This document shows, piece by piece, positions 10,339-20,193 of a DNA stretch of 64,000 nucleotides. The number at the start of each line of letters is the position of its first letter. The stretch's first letter is position 1. The stretch covers positions 1-64,000 of the IMG/VR virus record IMGVR_UViG_3300046804_005146; one strand, written 5' to 3'. The notes under the pieces are model-generated. The model was not told the DNA's origin. It saw only the letters and a program-made list of their open reading frames with translations, and ran no database searches. This DNA is from a virus. The position numbers were made by a program, and so were the translations under genes.

Positions 10339-10373
10339 AGGAAAATTATTTATAGGGTGAACACAGAAAAAAA

Positions 10374-10859
10374 TTATGTTAATAAAAATAATTTTAATGC
10401 TGCAAATTTTTGGAAATCAAAAACTTTCTCATCCAGACATAGTAAATGTTGGAATATTTTTTTATCGGTATTGAAACTGTCATCAGATACCTTTTTAAGA
10501 TTATCAAAATCTATAGGATAGATGTTGTCTGAAAAAGATCCGTAGGTCTCTCTACATGTAAAACCGTATTGAGTTAAAATGTTTTCATAAAGAGGTAATG
10601 TGATGTGAATCTTTTCTTGCTTTTTGACAGTATTAATAAGCGACTTAACATTGCTATTAGATGTTAAAATAATGCCTTTAAAAGCTTTTTGTTTGTGAAG
10701 AATTTTTACTGGGTTATAGGTCTTGTTTAAGACAATACGTTTATCATCGTATTCATTCTTAATAATGAAACCTAAAAACAAAACAGGAAAACAACTACGA
10801 TCTAAAACTTTATAATCGTCAATATCCACTGGCTTATCAATTAATTCAATATCTATCAT
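10374..10859 (-). CDS. Hypothetical protein
   Basis: 161 aa ORF in coupled run. Confidence 0.6.
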   Translation of the reverse strand: MIDIELIDKPVDIDDYKVLDRSCFPVLFLGFIIKNEYDDKRIVLNKTYNPVKILHKQKAFKGIILTSNSNVKSLINTVKKQEKIHITLPLYENILTQYGFTCRETYGSFSDNIYPIDFDNLKKVSDDSFNTDKKIFQHLLCLDEKVFDFQKFAALKLFLLT

Positions 10860-11068
10860 GATGCAAATACTTTCGTTAAAATAGCTCTCTTCAAATCGTA
10901 AACATACGTTTTACTACTATTATTTTTTGTTACGTTTACAAATCCCAAATCATCACTACTGTCTACACTCATAATATCTCCATCAGTTGAAAATATCTTT
11001 AAAGTCTGCCCTTTAGTATTCATAACTCGTATAGAATTTTTACCGTTGTAAGTCAGTAAGTGTTTCAT
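10856..11068 (-). CDS. Hypothetical protein
   Basis: 70 aa ORF, ATGA overlap. Confidence 0.55.
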   Translation of the reverse strand: MKHLLTYNGKNSIRVMNTKGQTLKIFSTDGDIMSVDSSDDLGFVNVTKNNSSKTYVYDLKRAILTKVFAS

Positions 11069-11070
11069 TG

Positions 11071-11445
11071 TTATTTCGATTTGATTATATGATTGTTAAT
11101 GAAGTTTTCAACATCTTCGTCTGATTTATTAAAAGTAAAGGATGTTAATACATTAACTGCACTAGATGTGTCATTAACTTTTACGGGAGTTTTCTGATAC
11201 TCTTCTTCAAGTTTCTGAATTACATCTTTTGGAGGTAGGTCATCATCTTCAGGAACATTCAACAGTTTACGGATATCGTTAATCTTATAACCTCTCTTTA
11301 GAAAAGCTTTAACTTCTTTACTAACATACATTTTTTGCAAATTACTTTCATCACCATACTCTTTTAATAGTTTCTCTAAATAACTGCCTGCAAATGTAGC
11401 ACTCTTACCTGTAACTACACATATCACCTTTTTACTTTTATTCAT
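11071..11445 (-). CDS. Hypothetical protein
   Basis: 124 aa; TTGAAT-N16-TACAAT-N6-ATG upstream. Confidence 0.65.
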   Translation of the reverse strand: MNKSKKVICVVTGKSATFAGSYLEKLLKEYGDESNLQKMYVSKEVKAFLKRGYKINDIRKLLNVPEDDDLPPKDVIQKLEEEYQKTPVKVNDTSSAVNVLTSFTFNKSDEDVENFINNHIIKSK

Positions 11446-11468
11446 ATGTAGATTGTATAAATATTATC

Positions 11469-11654
11469 ATGAAATTCAATGATTTGGTGAACAATCTTTT
11501 GACTGAAGCTAAGAAGTTAGACCCTGTTGGACGTGAAGATTCTGACGTAAACAATGATGGTAAAGTAGATAAGACGGATGACTATCTTCTTAACAGACGT
11601 AAGAAAGTTTCTTCTGCTATTAAAGGCAAAAAAAAAGCAAAAAAGAAAAAGTAA
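11469..11654 (+). CDS. Small putative internal virion protein with EF-hand/dockerin-like loop; possible -1 frameshift extension to 11872
   Basis: [13 protein letters not shown] start, [14 protein letters not shown] loop, TATAAATA 5 nt upstream. Confidence 0.7.
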   Translation: MKFNDLVNNLLTEAKKLDPVGREDSDVNNDGKVDKTDDYLLNRRKKVSSAIKGKKKAKKKK

Positions 11655-11828
11655 CTGAAGCTAGAAGAGCTCCTTTAGTAGACGGTCCTATAACCAACTA
11701 CGGTACTAGACCTAGAGACCCGTCACAGGGTGCTATGGCATCTAATTTAAATGTAGCCAAAAATCCTGTAGGTGATATTAAAGTATGGGGTGGAGCTGCT
11801 CAACCAAACGTATTTAGATTACCTAAAC

Positions 11829-12377
11829 TTAACGGGCGCGGGAAGAAGAATAAAAGACGTGCCGGCCGATAGTTATTGGTTTTGAACCACTTTGAAGTAA
11901 ATTTTTAGCCCAAGATGGTTTTATATTAGTTGTATGGTACCATCTAGCACCATTTGTTAAGTTTGTAGGTTTTGATCTTACTATTTGTTTAGCTAAATCA
12001 AATGACTTTTTGAATTGTGTCTTAGCTTTATTGACTAAAGCAGGTACATTAGCTCCATTGAAGCAAGAGAACTGTTTAGGAGCTAAAACTATTTTTGAAG
12101 GAGATTTACCTTCTTTTTTAGCTCTGTTCATTATAACTTCATATACTGCTTGCATCCCTTTTATACCTTCACCTCTTGCTTCTAGGACTAGTGTAGTTGC
12201 GATTAAATCTTCTTGTGATATATTTGATAGGGATGTTTGTACTTGTTGTTGTGGTACTGTGTTGGTTGGTTTGGCATGACCCCCAAGCATAGTAGCTAAA
12301 CCTAATCCAGCTCCTGCTAATGCACCTTTCCAACCTTCTTCTTGTACTGTTTTTTTATAATGTGCTTTAAATGTCAT
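11829..12377 (-). CDS. Cell wall hydrolase, SleB/Hydrolase_2 family
   Basis: TLVLEARGEG, VIMNR, KQFSCFN, TNGARWYH, IGRHVFY. Confidence 0.88.
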   Translation of the reverse strand: MTFKAHYKKTVQEEGWKGALAGAGLGLATMLGGHAKPTNTVPQQQVQTSLSNISQEDLIATTLVLEARGEGIKGMQAVYEVIMNRAKKEGKSPSKIVLAPKQFSCFNGANVPALVNKAKTQFKKSFDLAKQIVRSKPTNLTNGARWYHTTNIKPSWAKNLLQSGSKPITIGRHVFYSSSRAR

Positions 12378-13999
12378 ACAAATCTATCTATAAAGTATTT
12401 AGGCAATTTATCTTTGTTTTGCATTATTGCATCTAATAATACTCCATCTAAAATATATGTAACGCAATAATCGTCTTTAGATCTATTACCTCTACCACAA
12501 GCTTGTACAAGATTACAAAGCATTTTATCTACATACCACTGTTTATCGCTATCAAATAGTTTTTTAATTCTTGTATCACCTAAAGGTAGGTATGCTGCTT
12601 TAACTACTATTTGAAATCTTGCAAGATCATCTTTCAAATCCACTCCAAACGCCATAGATGGGCTCACGAGTACAGTAGGTACTGTAGCTTGACTATGTTG
12701 ATTTAAAATCTCTTCATTTACTGCTTCATCACTTCTAAACAAAAATCTATTACCTTTTAAATTATTTTGCAAATATTTTGTAATCTGTAAAGTATGAGTA
12801 TGTATGATGCCTTTTTCGTCTTTATGTTTGTCACATAACTTTTGTATTTGTTGTGTAAGTGCAGGTAAATGGCTCTCTAAATTTGCTTTATTGAGTTTAA
12901 ATTTAGATGTAATATAAATGGGAGCTTTTTTAGGATCGAAACTGCTTTCTGCTTCCACGAACACATAATCTTTAATACCTAAAGTCTCTGCAAACTTTTT
13001 ATGATCTATAATAGTAGCAGACATTAATAATACCTTTTCACCAGAATCAAAAATAAACTTAGAAAGGTTACTGACTTTTAAAGGCATCAATCTAACTGTT
13101 TTACCATCTCTATGACAAACGTACTCACAATCACCCCAGGTTTCAATTACCAATTTAACAGTGCTATGAAGATGTTTAAAATACTTTAATTTCATCTTCT
13201 CTGTGATGGTTACTTTCTTTTTTCTTTCAGTCATGTCTATCACAATGTCTGAAATATATTCAACTAGTACCTGACTAAGTTGATTAACCCACATCAAAAT
13301 AGATTCAGGTTCAGTTTTATATAGCAATGGTACTTTCAATCCCAGTTTGATTAGTTTATCAGGATCTATGAATAATGTAAATTGTTTAACGATTTCATCT
13401 TCTAATTCAGATGCTTCATCACATATCAAAAAGTTTTTACGTTTAACGTGTCCAGGTAAAGATAGAAACATCTTGTAGTTAAGAACACTAAAAACATTTG
13501 TTAGTGCTGTGTTTCTAGAATTATAGTAAGGGCATTTATAAGACATCCAGCATTCGTCTTTTAGTTTAGGCGTTAAAACGCATGGAGCAGTTTCAACATC
13601 AAAATTTGGATCTACTTCACATGTGTAGTTGGATTTACCTTTGAGTAGATATGCGTCTTGAAATAATTTATGGTACTGATCTTGTAAGCTCTTAGTAATA
13701 GTTAAAGCCATTGCACCGAACGGTTTTTCTTTCAAGCAATCTTCTTCATAAGTATAACTACCGACAGCATCTTGCTTAAATGCTCTGTAGCTATTAATTA
13801 AATCAAAAAATTTAGGAGAGCATTCATTCGCGTTATTACCTAAAGTTTTAGATATAAAACTTTTACCTGAACCTGTAGGTGCACTACAAATCACAAATTT
13901 GTTAGTCTTAAAAGCCTCTTCTATTTCTTTAATTAAACGAATTTGCTGTGGTAAAGGTTCAAAGCCTTCTGGAAACTTAGATAGATAGTTACTATACAC
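12374..13999 (-). CDS. DinG/Rad3-like SF2 helicase
   Basis: APTGSGKS, DEAS, MSAT, GVDL, QACGRGNR; Cys cluster after KGKSNY. Confidence 0.88.
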   Translation of the reverse strand: MYSNYLSKFPEGFEPLPQQIRLIKEIEEAFKTNKFVICSAPTGSGKSFISKTLGNNANECSPKFFDLINSYRAFKQDAVGSYTYEEDCLKEKPFGAMALTITKSLQDQYHKLFQDAYLLKGKSNYTCEVDPNFDVETAPCVLTPKLKDECWMSYKCPYYNSRNTALTNVFSVLNYKMFLSLPGHVKRKNFLICDEASELEDEIVKQFTLFIDPDKLIKLGLKVPLLYKTEPESILMWVNQLSQVLVEYISDIVIDMTERKKKVTITEKMKLKYFKHLHSTVKLVIETWGDCEYVCHRDGKTVRLMPLKVSNLSKFIFDSGEKVLLMSATIIDHKKFAETLGIKDYVFVEAESSFDPKKAPIYITSKFKLNKANLESHLPALTQQIQKLCDKHKDEKGIIHTHTLQITKYLQNNLKGNRFLFRSDEAVNEEILNQHSQATVPTVLVSPSMAFGVDLKDDLARFQIVVKAAYLPLGDTRIKKLFDSDKQWYVDKMLCNLVQACGRGNRSKDDYCVTYILDGVLLDAIMQNKDKLPKYFIDRFV

Positions 14000-14010
14000 A
14001 CCTAATTATA

Positions 14011-14349
14011 TCAGTTAAGAGCGGATAAAACAACTACAGAATTGTAAAGTTTATTTCTTTTTTTAGGTATTAAAACTTTTGCTTTTAAAAACAAATCTAA
14101 GTTTTTTTGAGAAAAATCTTCTAAAGTGTATGAAAATTTGATATGATCTTGATGTGATTCTATATTAAACGGGTACGGTATTTCAAAAATTTTATTACCG
14201 GAAGAGGTTTTGATTACAAAATTAAAATAAAAATCTTTAAATCTGAAAACTAACAGTCTACCTACTTTAATAGGTTTGTCAGGATGTATAAAAAATGTAA
14301 CCTCTTTTTGTAAGAAATTATTAATACTGTTTTCTGCTTCTGTTATCAT
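14011..14349 (-). CDS. Hypothetical protein
   Basis: 112 aa ORF in coupled run. Confidence 0.6.
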   Translation of the reverse strand: MITEAENSINNFLQKEVTFFIHPDKPIKVGRLLVFRFKDFYFNFVIKTSSGNKIFEIPYPFNIESHQDHIKFSYTLEDFSQKNLDLFLKAKVLIPKKRNKLYNSVVVLSALN

Positions 14350-14720
14350 GAGTTCATAAACATTAATTTTGCCTCAGGAGACATTGTTAATAATTCATCG
14401 TTGAAATATTTCCAAAAATCTTCTCTTTTTATCGTTCTTAAAAGCTGACAATAATCCATGCTAACCATTCTCCAATCTTGCATAAAGATATCCCAAACTG
14501 GTAGTAGATTGTAAAATCTAGCTTGATAGGGAAGAGGGTTAGCAGGTTGTTTATAATTCAAAGAAACTCTACCGTTGACGCTTTCTAATATCGTGTTGTC
14601 TAAAGTGCATAACATACGTCTATATGGTAGTTTACCTTCATACATTCTTCTACGAGCGAAAGTAATCTCACAAACGTTTTCTTTTAGTGTTGCTTCCAGA
14701 GCTTGTAACGTTGTCTTCAT
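14346..14720 (-). CDS. WYL_2/DUF2693-like SH3-fold protein
   Basis: ITF..RRMLCTLD..VWDIFMQDWRMV pattern. Confidence 0.6.
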   Translation of the reverse strand: MKTTLQALEATLKENVCEITFARRRMYEGKLPYRRMLCTLDNTILESVNGRVSLNYKQPANPLPYQARFYNLLPVWDIFMQDWRMVSMDYCQLLRTIKREDFWKYFNDELLTMSPEAKLMFMNS

Positions 14721-15126
14721 TTTCTGTATTTAATTTGCAAATACCAAACAAGCGCTGTTCGTTGAGAAATACACCTTTCTTTAGCCTACCATGTCCCTCA
14801 ATATTTACGTTAGCTACTGCTACCCCTTTATCGTGCGGGAATAAAACAATATCACCTTTCTTAACATACTTTACCCCTGGTCCGGTAAGAATGACCTTAG
14901 CTTTTCTCCAAGCTTTAATCAGTGCGTTTGTTGGTACAAAGACACCATCCCTCATAACGGCATCTCCTTGACCATCATTTACTTCATCGACGTATTCTAC
15001 TAAAAGAATATCATCGAAAATAAAACTTAATACATAATCATCAAGACCAAAGTTACCTTTACCGTAACTGTCTAAATCAATTAAACTTTTTCTAGGTTCT
15101 AAAACATCAACAGATACTTGTGCCAT
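14668..15126 (-). CDS. GroES-like co-chaperonin (T4 gp31 analogue)
   Basis: DDILLVE, GVFVP, AKVILTGPG, VKKGDIVLF. Confidence 0.8.
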   Translation of the reverse strand: MAQVSVDVLEPRKSLIDLDSYGKGNFGLDDYVLSFIFDDILLVEYVDEVNDGQGDAVMRDGVFVPTNALIKAWRKAKVILTGPGVKYVKKGDIVLFPHDKGVAVANVNIEGHGRLKKGVFLNEQRLFGICKLNTENEDNVTSSGSNTKRKRL

Positions 15127-15130
15127 ATAA

Positions 15131-15487
15131 CTATATATCTAGTTGTTTAGCAAGATCAACGTTATTATTGTATTCTCTAATACTCATGAATTCTGGAGTT
15201 AGTTGTTTTTCTTTTTCTTCCTCTTTTTTAGCCTTTTTAATATATTCTATCTTTTTGAATTTACATTTAGGCAGCATATTATAGTAATATTCGTATTGAT
15301 CTTGTTTTGAGTTAATTAAATGTACTTGACTGTTTGCTGTACTATTGATGTAGCAAGCTAAATCTTTTGAATAAAAAGATAACCATCTATTCAACATAAA
15401 ACTATTAAACTGCGACTCATCATCGCAGTTTAATGTCATTTTTTGTTTAGATATGAGTACTGAATTAATTATATCAAATATTGTCAT
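15131..15487 (-). CDS. Clamp loader small subunit, gp62-like
   Basis: IFDIINSV, FMLNRWLS, QYEYYYNMLPK..IEYIKK. Confidence 0.65.
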   Translation of the reverse strand: MTIFDIINSVLISKQKMTLNCDDESQFNSFMLNRWLSFYSKDLACYINSTANSQVHLINSKQDQYEYYYNMLPKCKFKKIEYIKKAKKEEEKEKQLTPEFMSIREYNNNVDLAKQLDI

Positions 15488-15650
15488 TAATCTTAGTTAG
15501 TTTGTACCCATTTTTTGTTTCTTCCCAAAGAATTTTATCACCAGTTTTCCATCCAGCTTGATCTAATAAGCTATCAGGAAACTCAATATATAAATCTTCT
15601 TTATCTTTTTTAACATCAAGCAGCCATACTAATTTATTTTTCTTTTTCAT
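15474..15650 (-). CDS. AbrB/MazE-like small DNA-binding protein (58 aa)
   Basis: Not in ORF track. LYIEFPDSLLDQAGWKTGDKILW; overlaps both neighbours. Confidence 0.65.
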   Translation of the reverse strand: MKKKNKLVWLLDVKKDKEDLYIEFPDSLLDQAGWKTGDKILWEETKNGYKLTKINDNI

Positions 15651-16237
15651 GAGATTACTTTAGTAGTTGCAATAAAAATATCGTCATTGGTAGAGTAGAA
15701 TACATTAATTACATCTCTCATAAAATCCTCTACTTGAGCGTTATTTAAGTTGGTACTATATGCAAATGCAGGAGCTCTACGACCAGCTGTAACGTTGATA
15801 CCTGTATGACCTAAAGCTACATTATTCTTGGTGTATGTGATACTGACGCTGCATTTACCGACTTTTTGTTCTGTACCATCACTACCTTTAAAAGTATCAT
15901 GCACCATCAAATCATCTCCATCCACTTCAATAGGCTTCTTTAGATACTTGTTTGACAAAATATTTGCAATTTGTGTATTAAAAAGTCTCTGATAAGCAAC
16001 TGCTCCAAATGCATCCAAGTTAGGAATTTCCCAACAAAAGTTAATAGCATCGTCACTGTAAATAAAATCGTTTTGAAGAATATCTTCACTATCGATCATT
16101 CCATCAGCTTGCACATTCATAGGAGCTCTAAACGATACAATATTGCCAATTGGTAGAGTATTCTTACGGAAATACTTATACGCAAAACGATTATGAATCA
16201 AAAGACCGTCGTAAACTTTTACATCGTTAATAATCAT
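15647..16237 (-). CDS. DUF366-like protein (biotin/lipoate ligase-like fold)
   Basis: YDG..IH, MIDSED, YQRLF, GDDL, KCSVSI, HTGINV. Confidence 0.65.
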   Translation of the reverse strand: MIINDVKVYDGLLIHNRFAYKYFRKNTLPIGNIVSFRAPMNVQADGMIDSEDILQNDFIYSDDAINFCWEIPNLDAFGAVAYQRLFNTQIANILSNKYLKKPIEVDGDDLMVHDTFKGSDGTEQKVGKCSVSITYTKNNVALGHTGINVTAGRRAPAFAYSTNLNNAQVEDFMRDVINVFYSTNDDIFIATTKVIS

Positions 16238-16265
16238 ACTTTATTATAGTAACGGATAGTTAATT

Positions 16266-17099
16266 TCAACCTTCAACTATAAGTTTTTTCCAAAATGATA
16301 ATTTTAATTTGGTTGTGTCAAAGGTTTTATTATAAAAATTGCTAACTTGATTTTTTAGAAAAGATACAGTTACGTCATTCCAATTGTTTATAAAAAGTAT
16401 AGGCAATTCAGTAAAATTTCTAAAACAATCATTTTGTTGCACTATAGGTACACATCCAAGATATAATGCTTCCCATATTCTATGACAATCAACCCCGTTA
16501 CCAGGTGGCGATATTATAAACAAACTGGATGCCATTTTTTCTAAATACTGGTCATGAGCTAGATGTGACCCCATATGTATACCGTTATTTGCTGTCACGG
16601 TATCAATTGTTTTTCTTTGATAGAAGTTGGTATTAATATCAAAATTTTTATAAACTAATATCTCTTTTTTTACACCTTTATCTATTACATTTTTTAAAGT
16701 GTTGAGATTACCGTGAGGCCATTGTTTATTAGCAATTCCTATAGGAATAGGTATTAATTTTGGATGATTAACTACAGCATTCTGAGCGTACCATTTAATA
16801 ATTTTATTTGAATTTAAAAATTGAATAAATCTTTCTTCCACAGGTTCATCAGCATTATGAGTTATTAATTTAACCGGTTTATTAATTTTAGGAAATGTTT
16901 CTCTGAAGAAAAGATCTAAATCATGCCCGTATACGAAAATTATATTTTCATTATCCTTTAGGTAGAATTCATCTTTTTTTCTTAAAACCGTTTTAGTGTT
17001 AGGTAACTGATTAGGCATGTTACAGCTAACAACACCAATATGTGTGATGTCAGCTATTTCTTGTAATCGTTCTCCAGAAATAAATTCGTTTAATTCCAT
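16266..17099 (-). CDS. Exostosin/GT47-like glycosyltransferase
   Basis: SPPGNGVDCHRIWEALYLGCVPIV; start moved to ATG 17099. Confidence 0.75.
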   Translation of the reverse strand: MELNEFISGERLQEIADITHIGVVSCNMPNQLPNTKTVLRKKDEFYLKDNENIIFVYGHDLDLFFRETFPKINKPVKLITHNADEPVEERFIQFLNSNKIIKWYAQNAVVNHPKLIPIPIGIANKQWPHGNLNTLKNVIDKGVKKEILVYKNFDINTNFYQRKTIDTVTANNGIHMGSHLAHDQYLEKMASSLFIISPPGNGVDCHRIWEALYLGCVPIVQQNDCFRNFTELPILFINNWNDVTVSFLKNQVSNFYNKTFDTTKLKLSFWKKLIVEG

Positions 17100-17827
17100 C
17101 TTGAATCCCACATGTGTACACAAACTGTTTCTTCTCTTATATAATTTCTATAGTCATTACCTGCATCTTTATCTCTTTCAAAATTAGGAAAAGGGTAAAA
17201 ATAAGCTACCGGGTAAACTATAGCGTCATTATAACTTTTAATATATTTAAAAAGCTTTCTAGTTAAATACCAAGGACCTGTAGATTTTATAATAGCCATA
17301 CCATCGTAATCTTCAACCTGTTCAATGTTATTCAATTCTTTTAATAACGGGTGATTAGGAACACTACCTATCAAACCATTAAACAGTGTCGGTTCTTTAT
17401 CATAAGCTACTCCAGTAAAGAAATTATGATGTAGTAATTCATCAAAACTTTTTATACCTAAAAAGTCTGTATCTAAGTATATACCTCCAAATTTTTCTAA
17501 AACAGCGTATCTTAATATATCAGAACGTTGACCAAAGTTTTTGCAACTTAAAAATAAATTCTTGTTATTGAAGTCAATTGTTTCAACCTCTTTATCAGTC
17601 CATAATCTGTATTCGTAATCTGGGTTAGCAGATTTAACTGAATCCATATACTTTTTTAAATTACTGTCCGGCTCACTACCCAACCAAATTTGGTGAATTA
17701 TTTTAGGTATCACTTTAGCACCTGACGTTTGTCTATTATTAAAAAGGTATTCAAGTAATTGCCATTTTTCCGGTAAATTTTTATCTCTATAACTAGAGCT
17801 TCTAGCCATTAATTCATTAAATTTCAT
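17090..17827 (-). CDS. GT32 (OCH1-like) DxD glycosyltransferase
   Basis: IPKIIHQIWLG, SDILRY..GGIYLDTD. Confidence 0.88.
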   Translation of the reverse strand: MKFNELMARSSSYRDKNLPEKWQLLEYLFNNRQTSGAKVIPKIIHQIWLGSEPDSNLKKYMDSVKSANPDYEYRLWTDKEVETIDFNNKNLFLSCKNFGQRSDILRYAVLEKFGGIYLDTDFLGIKSFDELLHHNFFTGVAYDKEPTLFNGLIGSVPNHPLLKELNNIEQVEDYDGMAIIKSTGPWYLTRKLFKYIKSYNDAIVYPVAYFYPFPNFERDKDAGNDYRNYIREETVCVHMWDSRWN

Positions 17828-18597
17828 AGTATAAATTTCTCCACATTTGGTAAATTGATATAAAGATCACTATCATCTCTGTCTGGTTTAAGCTTCCACA
17901 TGCCACCTTCTTTAGTAAAAGGCATAATAATTCTTTTATGATTTCCTAAAAATGCAGCCCACCAAGAAAATGATGATTGTGATGTTGCTATATTTTCACT
18001 ACAAAGCAGTGTCGTAAAATCTACCATACCTCTTTTATCACTGTGATGTTCAAATTTATCTACATACCCTTCAGTATTTAAAGTGCACCCATCACTAATT
18101 AATCTTCTAACTGTTTCGCAGTTAGAGTTATCTGTTACTATAATAATGTCTTTAAATCCAGAGCTATCTATCATTTTTCTATAAAAATCGTAACCTAAAA
18201 ATTTACCTATTTCTATATAATCTGTCTCTCTAACATGTACCACTAATTTATCTTTATTTGTTACAATTGGTTGTATGTTAAAAAAATACTTTAAACTTTG
18301 TTGGTGAAAATAATAATATAATGTTTTCTGTACAAAAGAGTCAACGATAATATCTCTATCAGTTAACAGTAACTCATCATAGTTTACGTGATTATTACCG
18401 TAACTACGCGTATGAATAGGGTTAACCGGTTTTACAGCTTCATTCATACTACCTGTAACATTAAAGTTAGGTAACGGTGGTGTGTATAATTTACATCCTT
18501 TGTCTTTTGCCAAACAGTATCCAAAGGCAAATTGAAATAATCTATTACCCATTCTACCCCAATCATCATATTGTACGAAAACACTCACCAGTAACAT
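17824..18597 (-). CDS. GT11 alpha-1,2-fucosyltransferase-like
   Basis: GRMGNRLFQ, VHVRETDY, SSFSWWAAFL. Confidence 0.85.
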   Translation of the reverse strand: MLLVSVFVQYDDWGRMGNRLFQFAFGYCLAKDKGCKLYTPPLPNFNVTGSMNEAVKPVNPIHTRSYGNNHVNYDELLLTDRDIIVDSFVQKTLYYYFHQQSLKYFFNIQPIVTNKDKLVVHVRETDYIEIGKFLGYDFYRKMIDSSGFKDIIIVTDNSNCETVRRLISDGCTLNTEGYVDKFEHHSDKRGMVDFTTLLCSENIATSQSSFSWWAAFLGNHKRIIMPFTKEGGMWKLKPDRDDSDLYINLPNVEKFIL

Positions 18598-19427
18598 CCT
18601 CCTTCCACTAAATCTTTCTTTTCAGGTATTTCATGTTTCATAGGCTCTGTCCAATGTTCATTGAATAGTGGTTGAAATTCTTTTATCTCTTTCCATCTTT
18701 GACCTTTTATACCAAAAAGTATTTGAGTAGCTCCACCTAAATGTATACCGGCTTTACCTAATCGTTTGCATTCAGCTGCTAATAAAAACGATGTGTAGCC
18801 TGTGCCTATAATAGCTACATCAAATGTTTCTTTACGTATAGCTTCTATATAAAATTTATACACTTCATCAGAAGTTTTATATTTGTTTGTAGATGTAATT
18901 TTTAAAGCAAACGGATATTTTAAAACTTTTAAAGTGAAATTAGGTATTATTTTTCCTTTCCAAATTCTTTCTAAATTAGAAAAGTTTTGACGAATAGAGT
19001 CTCCGAAAGGACTTATAACCAACACTACTTTATTTTCTAGATATTTAGTCCACGGTTTTTCAAAAAAATATGGTTCTAAATGTTGTAGCTGCGTAAAATA
19101 TGTATTTTTAGAGCAATATTTTTCAAAAACAAATTTTTCAAAATCTGGAATTACTCTATTCCAAATAGGTAATAAATCTGCTATAGATAGAGCGTTTTTC
19201 ATATCTGCAGCAAACTGTTTAGTTGTTTCCGGTGTATAAGGATACAACCCAGCAATATCTTCTACTTCATGCTGTAAATGAGGTAAAAAATTATTTGCAG
19301 AGTTTAATAAATGATCGCAATATAACAGATTCAACTCTGTTACACCTATTTTACCTGCGCATAATGGTTTATTGTTCTTTAAATAATGAGAGATAAAATT
19401 GTTTCCATCAACAACCATTGTTCTCAT
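18585..19427 (-). CDS. Putative GT-D-fold-like glycosyltransferase
   Basis: KIGVTE, LEPY..PWT..L, FDVAIIG, IHLGG; within GT operon. Confidence 0.55.
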   Translation of the reverse strand: MRTMVVDGNNFISHYLKNNKPLCAGKIGVTELNLLYCDHLLNSANNFLPHLQHEVEDIAGLYPYTPETTKQFAADMKNALSIADLLPIWNRVIPDFEKFVFEKYCSKNTYFTQLQHLEPYFFEKPWTKYLENKVVLVISPFGDSIRQNFSNLERIWKGKIIPNFTLKVLKYPFALKITSTNKYKTSDEVYKFYIEAIRKETFDVAIIGTGYTSFLLAAECKRLGKAGIHLGGATQILFGIKGQRWKEIKEFQPLFNEHWTEPMKHEIPEKKDLVEGGCYW

Positions 19428-20193
19428 ATATAATGTATGTCTGTGTATTACTCCACCATACCTTATCTCCCAACAAAGCTTTAATATCCATAGTGCTTCT
19501 ATTTTCTTGCACTTTTAACCAGCGTTCATGTAATCCTTCATAGCCTTGATAATACACTTCTTTAAAAATTACATCTTCCTCGTAATAGTAAGCATAATGT
19601 TTGAATCTTTGAGGTAATAACAGCCCTGGTCCGTTTTTACCTTTTAACGTAGGTGGTTCATGTTTTTCAAATTCTTCACCAAACCATGCCCACAATCTCC
19701 TATAAGGTACACGTCTACCTTCACCCCATTCACCTATGACTTTTTGATTTGGACCGACATAATAGTCGCATAAAAAGCACCCCGTCTTACCTTCTTTTTG
19801 AATTAACAGTTGTTCTGCCGCATCCAAATCTTTTGCATCCCACTGTTCATCAACGTCAATCTGCCAGAGAAAACATTTATCTGTTATGCGTTTAATTTCT
19901 GATATAGCTGCGTTAACTTGTTGGTCTTTACTATCCCAAGGTCTATCTACAGGTCTCAATACTCTAATTTTAGCATTTACATACTTATCTAAAAACTCGG
20001 TAGTGCCGTCTACAGAGCAGAAATTAGAATGAAATATGTCAGGTATAGGTTTACACCAATTGGTTGATCCTCCTGGGTTAGCCACTCCTTCAACTATGAT
20101 CCAATGATCAAAATTTTTGATCATATTTTCATAAAAGTTGTTGTGTAGTAAATGTTTAAAGCCGTTTAATACTATGGTGAATGCAATTCTCAT
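19408..20193 (-). CDS. GT-A (GT2-like) glycosyltransferase
   Basis: SVDGT, WQIDVDEQW. Confidence 0.7.
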   Translation of the reverse strand: MRIAFTIVLNGFKHLLHNNFYENMIKNFDHWIIVEGVANPGGSTNWCKPIPDIFHSNFCSVDGTTEFLDKYVNAKIRVLRPVDRPWDSKDQQVNAAISEIKRITDKCFLWQIDVDEQWDAKDLDAAEQLLIQKEGKTGCFLCDYYVGPNQKVIGEWGEGRRVPYRRLWAWFGEEFEKHEPPTLKGKNGPGLLLPQRFKHYAYYYEEDVIFKEVYYQGYEGLHERWLKVQENRSTMDIKALLGDKVWWSNTQTYIIYENNGC

